Of a stretch of 64,000 nucleotides of DNA, positions 29,034 to 35,589 are shown in pieces (the stretch's first letter is position 1; each line of letters begins with the position of its first letter). A program made the position numbers and the translations under genes. The DNA is from a virus. Location of the stretch: positions 46,838-110,837 of IMG/VR virus record IMGVR_UViG_3300045988_133686. One strand, 5' to 3'. The notes under the pieces were generated by a model. It saw nothing but the letters and a program-made list of their open reading frames with translations, was not told the DNA's origin and ran no database searches.

Positions 29034-29425
29034 ATCACCTCCTCTGCATACCCATCGTCTGTTGTATAACAAATATGATGGATGCCCATATCCTTTATGA
29101 GCTTGAGACAACTTTTGCACGGCCGCGCGCACCCCAAAGAGCCATCACGGCGTTGTCTGTAAACATAGAGTATAACCTTGTTCCAATCTACGCTTGCTCC
29201 CCGCAGCCCACAGAGAGCATGTAGTTCGGCGTGCATGGAGTGTGGTGTGCTGTCTTCAGAAAATCGTTCCCGGTTGTACCGCCGTTGCAATGGATGAGAC
29301 TTACAACAGTTATACCCGGAGCCAATCACCTTTCCTTTGTACAAAACAACGCACCCGATGTGGATGCGTTGAAAGTCAGAAAGTGTAGATACGTTGCGCG
29401 CTAAGTCGAAGTATCTTTGTTTCAT
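29030..29425 (-). CDS. dCMP/cytidine deaminase-family zinc enzyme
   Basis: HAELHAL and PCKSCLKLI zinc-binding motifs (H-A-E ... P-C-x-x-C). Confidence 0.85.
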   Translation of the reverse strand: MKQRYFDLARNVSTLSDFQRIHIGCVVLYKGKVIGSGYNCCKSHPLQRRYNRERFSEDSTPHSMHAELHALCGLRGASVDWNKVILYVYRQRRDGSLGCARPCKSCLKLIKDMGIHHICYTTDDGYAEEVI

Positions 29426-29434
29426 GTTTTTTTA

Positions 29435-29463
29435 TTGACCGTAATGTTACGGAGTGGTAAACT
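29435..29463 (+). promoter_or_regulatory. sigma-70-type promoter for a + strand small transcript
   Basis: TTGACC (29435) - 17 nt - TGG-TAAACT (29458); spacer contains palindrome CCGTAA-TG-TTACGG. Confidence 0.5.
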
Positions 29464-29601
29464 ATGAATGGGTTGGCTGTCCTCGTTTAGGAGAGGGCGG
29501 CAGCGGCTACTTGTGCCTCATTTTCTCTGCAAGAGCAAGGTGAGTTACACAAGATTCTCACTCGCTCTTAGCAGAAATTCAATGTTAAGAGAGGTGATAG
29601 A

Positions 29602-29706
29602 ATGGAATATCTTCTAGCGATTGCTTTGATCGTGCAGCCAATCTGCATGGCATACGTCGCTTATGTCCTATACCATATCAGGACAACTAAAAAAGAAAAT
29701 TCCTAA
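29602..29706 (+). CDS. 34-aa hydrophobic peptide (type I toxin-like)
   Basis: AGAGAGGTGATAGA-ATG; MEYLLAIALIVQPICMAYVAYVLYHIRTTKKENS = one TM segment plus basic tail; own promoter and terminator. Confidence 0.5.
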   Translation: MEYLLAIALIVQPICMAYVAYVLYHIRTTKKENS

Positions 29707-29777
29707 GCCGTTTGGTGCTTAGTATACTTATATTAAAACTATGAGATATTAGGTACAGTAGCCGCTTGCGCCAACCC

Positions 29778-29819
29778 GCGCCGCGTAGATGGGAGGTGCC
29801 CATCGCGGCGCTTTTTTTT
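29778..29819 (+). terminator. rho-independent terminator of the small + strand transcript
   Basis: GCGCCGCG-(TAG ATGGG AGGTG CCCAT)-CGCGGCGC followed by TTTTTTTT. Confidence 0.8.
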
Positions 29820-29830
29820 ATGCCCGCCGA

Positions 29831-30010
29831 TTACTTTGCGGGAACTGCGGCGTATGCAACACCGCGGGAGATATAGTTCCAGGCAAGGCGGGTAGGCCAA
29901 CTGCATGTCCAACCCTGGTGGTAAACCTTACCATTGACGATTACGAACTCATACCGGAGAAAATCGTCCACCGACATGAGACGCACGCCGCGCTTATACT
30001 TGCTACTCAT
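29831..30010 (-). CDS. hypothetical 59-aa protein (below ORF-track cutoff)
   Basis: AAGGAGAAGA-ATG at 30010; MSSKYKRGVRLMSVDDFLRYEFVIVNGKVYHQGW...; TAA at 29831. Confidence 0.55.
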   Translation of the reverse strand: MSSKYKRGVRLMSVDDFLRYEFVIVNGKVYHQGWTCSWPTRLAWNYISRGVAYAAVPAK

Positions 30011-30228
30011 TCTTCTCCTTTACAAAGTGGTAGTATTATGACCTACCAGTTATGTGTTGTGTCGTAGGTACAGACAAGCACGATATTCTTGCTACGGCAC
30101 CGAGGATATTCGTGTACGTCCTCGCACTCATCGACCTCACAGAACAGGCGGTGACAAATGATGACGAAGATTCTGAAAACTATTGCGATTAACTCTGAAG
30201 GGGCGGCGCTTTGGTGCTGCTTTCTTTG

Positions 30229-30444
30229 TCAGCAAATGTACCGCTCAATCTTCGAATAAATATCCCGGTCGCTTTCCACCCACAGGTCTTCAAATTCCAA
30301 TGAGTATATCGCGCCGAGCAGAGACTTGGCATTCACGCAATGCCCGACCGCATCAACGATCCTCACATCACCATGGATGTGTGATGCGATCTCGGAAAAG
30401 TTTTTTGCGTCCTCTACGGTTTCTAGATGAATCTTGTTTCTCAA
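30229..30444 (-). CDS. HPr-like domain protein (non-PTS HPr-family small protein)
   Basis: TTG start 6 nt after GGAGGG; MRNKIHLETVEDAKNF...VNAKSLLGAIYSLEFEDLWVE resembles the ..VDAKSIMGIFSLDL.. family annotated as HPr-family in Clostridia. Confidence 0.55.
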   Translation of the reverse strand: MRNKIHLETVEDAKNFSEIASHIHGDVRIVDAVGHCVNAKSLLGAIYSLEFEDLWVESDRDIYSKIERYIC

Positions 30445-30640
30445 ATAAATCCCTCCAATGACATAATAAAAGGCAGGTAAGAAGTCACTCGCGTACACCC
30501 GCTATTGCGTGCGTAACTAAGCCTTCCCTCGTTTCTTGTGGCCTGCCACCACTCACCTCACTCTGGCAGTACGGGCGCCCCTTCTCCTCTAGACATCAGC
30601 ATCTCAGCTTTTGCCATTTGCGCAATAAGGAGTTAGGAAT

Positions 30641-30716
30641 TGGAGCTGGGTAGGAGACTTGAACTCCTAGTCTACGGAGTACAAAACCGTGGCTTTACCA
30701 ATTAAGCTAACCCAGC
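30641..30716 (-). tRNA. tRNA-Thr (anticodon UGU), CCA encoded
   Basis: Manual cloverleaf: acceptor GCTGGGT/ACCCAGC, D GCTT/AAGC, anticodon loop TTTGTAC, T arm AGGAG-TTCAAGT-CTCCT; U31-U39 mismatch. Confidence 0.8.
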
Positions 30717-30717
30717 G

Positions 30718-30791
30718 TGGAGCCTCCAGAAGGAATCGAACCCTCACTGACTGATTACGAAACAGCCATTCTACCGTTAAATTATGGAGGC
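30718..30791 (-). tRNA. tRNA-Thr (anticodon CGU), CCA encoded
   Basis: Acceptor GCCTCCA/TGGAGGC, anticodon loop TTCGTAA, T arm GAGGG-TTCGATT-CCTTC; U31-U39 mismatch. Confidence 0.75.
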
Positions 30792-30864
30792 ACAACCCAG
30801 CGTCCGAAGAACATCGTTGCGCACCGACGAGTTTCTCATAAAGAGCATAACTCACTGGGTCTAC

Positions 30865-30941
30865 TGGTGGACTCTCTGGGACTTGAACCCAGGCGCGACC
30901 GCTTATGAGGCGGGTACTCTAACCAACTGAGCTAAGAGTCC
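30865..30941 (-). tRNA. tRNA-Met or Ile2 (anticodon CAU), elongator type, CCA encoded
   Basis: Acceptor GGACTCT/AGAGTCC (G1-C72), D loop AGTTGGTTA, anticodon loop CTCATAA, T arm CTGGG-TTCAAGT-CCCAG. Confidence 0.85.
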
Positions 30942-30944
30942 ATG

Positions 30945-31018
30945 TGGCAGAGGTGGCCGGGATCGAACCGACATTAACAGGGTCAAAGTCTGTTGTCCTG
31001 CCGTTGAACGACACCTCT
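30945..31018 (-). tRNA. tRNA-Gln (anticodon UUG), CCA encoded
   Basis: Acceptor AGAGGTG/CACCTCT, D GTTC/GGAC, anticodon loop CTTTGAC, T arm GTCGG-TTCGATC-CCGGC; A31-C39 mismatch. Confidence 0.75.
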
Positions 31019-31063
31019 ATGCGGGCTGCTTTCGCAACCCGGTTTGTTTCTTTTGATGTAATT

Positions 31064-31091
31064 ATTATACCACAAATTTCTGGTGTGTGGG
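31064..31091 (-). promoter_or_regulatory. extended -10 promoter TGTGGTATAAT with upstream CCCACACAC motif (tRNA cluster)
   Basis: Minus strand CCCACACAC-N8-TGTGGTATAAT about 45 nt upstream of tRNA-Gln; same bipartite motif at 39511..39541. Confidence 0.5.
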
Positions 31092-31096
31092 GGCGG

Positions 31097-31339
31097 CTAG
31101 TCAATAATTTCTACATCATACCCAAGTTTTTCGATGAGTTCTTTGCGGGTTATGCGCCGCACAGAATATGGCATCCAACCGTCCAGATGTAAGAGTTTCA
31201 TGATCGCCAATGTCATTTCATACGGCTCACCGTTGGAGAAAATAAATCCCCTGCCTGGTACATAAAAAAGATCTTTCTCTGATAGCCTGTAAGTCTCATT
31301 TTTCTTATCGGCCTCAATCACCATTTGTGCAGTATTCAT
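31097..31339 (-). CDS. hypothetical protein
   Basis: ATG 31339 lies 8 nt after AAGGAG; 80 aa. Confidence 0.5.
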   Translation of the reverse strand: MNTAQMVIEADKKNETYRLSEKDLFYVPGRGFIFSNGEPYEMTLAIMKLLHLDGWMPYSVRRITRKELIEKLGYDVEIID

Positions 31340-31631
31340 CTTCATACTCCTTTGCAATCATCAGTAAGTGCTCCGCAGCGCGCACAACCCAACCGCTTTG
31401 GTATGGGAGGTAGTAACCGGACGCCGACGTGAATTTATGAAACGCCCCGGCAAAATCGCCCGTCCCAGCCAGCACCGGATATTCCGCGTTCAATCGCTCA
31501 AGTTCACGCGCCCAACGATCCCACTGACCATCACTGATTAGTGATGTACCACGCCCGTAATAAATGTAAGAATGAATCAGGAGCTGGCGGCGTCGGCGCA
31601 CCATCAGCTCCAATACTTCTTCATCAGTCAT
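31314..31631 (-). CDS. stand-alone NAD-dependent DNA ligase Ia-like domain protein
   Basis: LLIHSYIYYGRGTSLISDGQWDRWARELERLNAEYP parallels LigA N-terminus (..HEYLYH..D.PEI.DAEYDRL.RELRELE..HP). Confidence 0.5.
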   Translation of the reverse strand: MTDEEVLELMVRRRRQLLIHSYIYYGRGTSLISDGQWDRWARELERLNAEYPVLAGTGDFAGAFHKFTSASGYYLPYQSGWVVRAAEHLLMIAKEYEDEYCTNGD

Positions 31632-31893
31632 CTGCCCGCATCTTCCTCATGCGTTCCGCGGCTGCTTGCCTCACTTCTTCAGATACCTGTCGAGGTGGGC
31701 TGATCTTCAGCCATTTGGTTGTGATGTGTGCGAGAACACTTCCGTCTTTGTTGTGGGCGATAATCTTTACATCGTCCGGGTATTTTTGCGCCCACATGAC
31801 AACTCGCTTAATCCATTTCGGTTCGGCTGTGTAAAACGTTCCGATCTTCTCTCCGGCTAAATGATTCCACGCTGTCTCTCTTAGTTCTGCCAT
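31624..31893 (-). CDS. hypothetical protein
   Basis: ATG 31893 after AAGGGTGA; track ORF extension upstream is translation of the palindrome. Confidence 0.5.
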   Translation of the reverse strand: MAELRETAWNHLAGEKIGTFYTAEPKWIKRVVMWAQKYPDDVKIIAHNKDGSVLAHITTKWLKISPPRQVSEEVRQAAAERMRKMRADD

Positions 31894-31907
31894 AATGTCA
31901 CCCTTTG

Positions 31908-32153
31908 TTAGATATCCCAAGTTGGGATATCTCTTTCTGCATCGGAATAAGCCCACCAAGTTTCGCCGTACTCAAATGACCAAAATGCGCCGTCTTCGGT
32001 GTATGCAAAAACATGCTCGGATACTGGGTCTACATCAAGATACGCTCCGGCATAAATTTTGCCGCTGCGAATGTCCATAACGTACACAGGATTACATAGC
32101 CCGCACATGTGCCCCATCGTGATGAGGGTTTGGTATGATAGTGGTTTAATCAT
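31908..32153 (-). CDS. hypothetical protein
   Basis: TGATG overlap with upstream stop; GGAGGTGG RBS; 81 aa. Confidence 0.5.
   Translation of the reverse strand: MIKPLSYQTLITMGHMCGLCNPVYVMDIRSGKIYAGAYLDVDPVSEHVFAYTEDGAFWSFEYGETWWAYSDAERDIPTWDI
31910..31932. repeat. 23-bp perfect palindrome AGATATCCCAA-G-TTGGGATATCT, copy 1
   Basis: Identical copies at 39553..39575 and (reverse orientation) 49114..49136; overlaps stop of 31908..32153 gene. Confidence 0.9.
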
Positions 32154-32404
32154 CAAACCGCCACCTCCTGATCCTGAGCTGAGATCGCCAAGGTCACATC
32201 TCGCAGCATTAGGTAGTCAATCATGGGGTATCTATCATCGTCATATCTATCGTCTGCGGTTTGTACGCCGATCATAATGCCTTCGCCAGTATCTACAATT
32301 TCGGTGATATACACAAACTCGCAGACTGCATCTGGATCGGTTTTATCTGTCCACAGCCTGACAACTTCGTCCTTATGTTTTTCGTGCCACTGTTCAAAAG
32401 TCAC
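32153..32404 (-). CDS. hypothetical protein
   Basis: GTG 32404 6 nt after GGAGGA (which contains dnaE stop); 83 aa. Confidence 0.5.
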   Translation of the reverse strand: MTFEQWHEKHKDEVVRLWTDKTDPDAVCEFVYITEIVDTGEGIMIGVQTADDRYDDDRYPMIDYLMLRDVTLAISAQDQEVAV

Positions 32405-32415
32405 TTTGATTCCTC

Positions 32416-35400
32416 CTAAAAAATGTATTGATATCCGGTTATCCACCAATACCCGCTCTTGTCCTGACGCATATCGCCGCTTCCAACCTCGATAAAGTCT
32501 CCTTCTTTGAATGGAAATTGCTCAAATGTGCCGGGGCGAATGCTCACGCGCGCTGTCTTACCGCTGCCGAGCGATTTGCAGTCCACGCGGTAACACCACA
32601 CGCTGCCTGTCTTACGACTTGTCAAGCCGATTGGCTTCGACGTGATGATGAGTTTGCCACGGTCTGCTTTTTGCCCAGTGACCAAATCGACGTAGCCGAG
32701 ACGTTCCTTTTGTAGGGACGCCTTTTGCTCTAGTGACAAGTCGCGGATGTCAAGCGTGCGTTGATGCGCTTCGTATTCGTATAGGATTGCCGGTAGGTCT
32801 ATTATAGCATAAGATTTGGCTTCTTTTCCCGCCTTGGTCTTATCACTTGCGTGCGGGCGGATAAATTCTTCATAAATGCCCGCCTTGGTTTTTGCAACAC
32901 TCTTTGCATCGCCCCACTTGAAGAAGTCCAAGCAGTCAACAATGTTATTAAGCAATGTAATTGGGCCGAACTCCGCAAAGAAGTCAATGTCGATGAGGGC
33001 GGCACGCTGATCTGACCGCAGGCTGGTTTCTTTGGTGCAGGCCAACATAACGTCCGTGAACGTGTCCCAATGCGGGCGGCTGTGTGCAAGCTCATACAAT
33101 TCGTTAGGCACAGTCGCATTCAAACTCTTGACGGATGCCACGCCCTTAGTGATAGTGCGCGCCTCGACGTCCATGAAATAATCGCTCTTGGAATGCCCCC
33201 AGCGCGGCGGCAGAATTGGTATCTTGTATGCTCCAGCGAGAGCGGCGCCGTTCGCCACGTCGTCATCATTGGCAGCGTTGTTCAGCAGCGCGGTGATAAA
33301 TTCCAGCGGATAATGATAACGCAGATAGGCGCATAAGTAACCTACCATACAGTAAGCTATTGAATGGTTAAAACCAAACATGTAACTCGATGCGTCCTCA
33401 ATAATCTTAATGAATTCTTTTGCTTCGGCTTCCGCTTCCTCGCGCGACTTGTCCGATTTGGCACAGTACCCGTCGAGTATCTTGGGCATTGCTTTCTCTA
33501 GGATCTCTGGCTTTTTACGGGCAATACCGCGTCGCACAGTGTCAGCTTCACTCCCGCTGAATCCGCAAATTTCAGTCAGGAACTTAATGACGTCCTCCTG
33601 ATACACAAGATAACCATTGTTGTCCGCTAGGAGATCATCGATCAGTTTTGACGGGTTATGATGCTGCTTATGTCCAAGCAAGTCGTCTCGGTATGACGCG
33701 CCGGACGGGCGAATACACGCTGTCACCAGTGACATACCGAAGATATTGTGCGGCTTAAACTTTCGCAAGCTGTCGCCCGCATACGGAGACTCCATTTGGA
33801 AGATAGCCGTGGTGTTCCTCCGCATATCCTCCCAAACCTCCGGCTCATCCCAATTAATCTCGTGTGCTCTCGGATATGGAATACCTACTAACTTGCAAGT
33901 ATCCGCGATAATCGCCACATTGCGCAAGATCAGGAAATCAAACTTCGCAAGACCCGCTCCATCATGAATCTCATCCATGTCGATCTCCAGACATGACATA
34001 TCGTCTTTGTAGAATGTGCCGAAGTTATCCGTAAGCGTTATGGGCGAGATAACAATACCCGCCGGATGAACAGACTGCGATACCTTTGTGCCAACCAAGC
34101 CATCATAATAATAGAAGAGGTCTTTATACTTTTTCTTCGTCCCGTCCGGATCGACGCTATACTGCTTCTTGATGTCGTCAACCTTCTTCAGCGAATACGG
34201 ACACTCCTGCGTGTTCATGTCTGGATGTGCTTTCTGCCATTTGGAGGCTAATGCGCGGCCAATATCATCAATCGCAGCCTTGTCTGCAATGGTGCCGTAA
34301 GACGGTACGCGCGCCGTGTATGCTTCACCGAATCTATTGATGATGTATTCGAAGATGCGCGGTCGGTCGGTATCAATGACGTCAATATCAATATCGCCAA
34401 TCTCCACGCGATCTTCGTTTGCAAATCGAGAAGCGACTGTTTTCCATATCGTAGGATCAACATCTGTAATGTCTGTGATATAGGCAATAGTAGAACCGCA
34501 CACCGAGCCACGACCTGGCCCAACAGGAATACCATTGTCGCGGCACCAGCAGATCAGCTCACTCATGATGAGCATAAATCCGCACATGCCGATCTTAGTG
34601 AACACCTTCTTTTCGTCCTCGATATTCGCCCGCACCTGGTATAGCCTCTCCGGTGGAATAATACCAGCAGCAACCTTCTGCGCCAGCATATCGTCGATGC
34701 GCGCGAACCATCGTTCTCTGTCAGCTTCGGCGCTGCCATAAAGAATCGGGTATTTGATGCTCGGATCAATCGGCACATCCTCTACCATATCAGCCAGCCT
34801 ATTGGTATTCTCTATCGCTTCGCGCCACTTGTTTTCCGGAATGGCGTCCTGCACGCGGAACATCTCAGCTAGTTCATCATAGGATTTATAAGTAAGATCA
34901 AACTCGTCCTCCTGCGCAAACTCGATCTTCTTGCTGGCTAACAAGATTTTGCGGCACTCAGCTTTGTACTGATTCAGTGAGTGTGTATCTGTGCCCGCGA
35001 TCAGTGGCTTCCCGTACTGTTCGCTCATAAAAAGCAAGCGCTGGTTGTATTTGCTCTGGTCGATGTTGTTGTGCGGCTGGATCTCGTAAAAGTCGTAATG
35101 CCGCGCCAGTTTTTCGTATATCTTATTATCGCCTTCATATTTGTTGAGCGGTGACGCAAGGCAAGCACTAATCTTGATAACATTGTCCGAGATGCCAAGA
35201 AATTCATCAAACGTAATACGGTTCTTATAATAGAAATGATTCGCGTCCGTTGATGCCATAATCAGCTTATTGATCTCTTTACGCCCCTGCTTGTTACGGG
35301 CAATCAACACTGTGTGGTAATTGTCGCGGATTTTTTCCTCCCCGATTTTCTCGGTTAAATATGCTTCGACCCCCCACAGAAACTTGATGCCCTTGCTCTC

Positions 35401-35589
35401 ACAGTACATCTGTTTACGCATCCAGCCGATCGGGCGGCCATGCTCGGTTGAGCCGATCGCCTTTTGACCAAGCTCAACCGCGCGGTCAACATAATCCTCG
35501 AAATGTGTGCAGGAGTCCAGCAAACTGTAATCCGAGTGTACATGGTAAGCAACGTAGTTACTCAGCTTTATCACCTCCAAATACTTCAT
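32416..35589 (-). CDS. dnaE: DNA polymerase III alpha subunit (DnaE-type, N-terminal PHP domain)
   Basis: 1057 aa; PHP start YVAYHVHSDYSLLDS; size and polymerase-core-like middle region; exact start uncertain (no RBS at ATG 35589). Confidence 0.85.
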   Translation of the reverse strand: MKYLEVIKLSNYVAYHVHSDYSLLDSCTHFEDYVDRAVELGQKAIGSTEHGRPIGWMRKQMYCESKGIKFLWGVEAYLTEKIGEEKIRDNYHTVLIARNKQGRKEINKLIMASTDANHFYYKNRITFDEFLGISDNVIKISACLASPLNKYEGDNKIYEKLARHYDFYEIQPHNNIDQSKYNQRLLFMSEQYGKPLIAGTDTHSLNQYKAECRKILLASKKIEFAQEDEFDLTYKSYDELAEMFRVQDAIPENKWREAIENTNRLADMVEDVPIDPSIKYPILYGSAEADRERWFARIDDMLAQKVAAGIIPPERLYQVRANIEDEKKVFTKIGMCGFMLIMSELICWCRDNGIPVGPGRGSVCGSTIAYITDITDVDPTIWKTVASRFANEDRVEIGDIDIDVIDTDRPRIFEYIINRFGEAYTARVPSYGTIADKAAIDDIGRALASKWQKAHPDMNTQECPYSLKKVDDIKKQYSVDPDGTKKKYKDLFYYYDGLVGTKVSQSVHPAGIVISPITLTDNFGTFYKDDMSCLEIDMDEIHDGAGLAKFDFLILRNVAIIADTCKLVGIPYPRAHEINWDEPEVWEDMRRNTTAIFQMESPYAGDSLRKFKPHNIFGMSLVTACIRPSGASYRDDLLGHKQHHNPSKLIDDLLADNNGYLVYQEDVIKFLTEICGFSGSEADTVRRGIARKKPEILEKAMPKILDGYCAKSDKSREEAEAEAKEFIKIIEDASSYMFGFNHSIAYCMVGYLCAYLRYHYPLEFITALLNNAANDDDVANGAALAGAYKIPILPPRWGHSKSDYFMDVEARTITKGVASVKSLNATVPNELYELAHSRPHWDTFTDVMLACTKETSLRSDQRAALIDIDFFAEFGPITLLNNIVDCLDFFKWGDAKSVAKTKAGIYEEFIRPHASDKTKAGKEAKSYAIIDLPAILYEYEAHQRTLDIRDLSLEQKASLQKERLGYVDLVTGQKADRGKLIITSKPIGLTSRKTGSVWCYRVDCKSLGSGKTARVSIRPGTFEQFPFKEGDFIEVGSGDMRQDKSGYWWITGYQYIF

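Noticed and set aside
30043-30228. 62 in-frame sense codons after the TGA of the HPr-like gene (possible readthrough or a separate Cys-rich small ORF ..IVFRIFVIICHRLFCEVDECEDVH..)
   Set aside because: There is no ATG/GTG/TTG start with an RBS and no independent evidence for TGA readthrough, so it is most simply non-coding.
30792-30864. Fifth tRNA between Thr(CGU) and Met(CAU)
   Set aside because: A 7-bp acceptor-like stem exists, but the 66-nt core lacks a T-loop (no GTTCRANNC), has no 7-nt anticodon loop in either orientation and has no CCA. It is kept only as a structured spacer.
30667-30908. ORFs 30667..30855 (-) and 30717..30908 (+)
   Set aside because: They overlap the tRNA genes and are not protein-coding.
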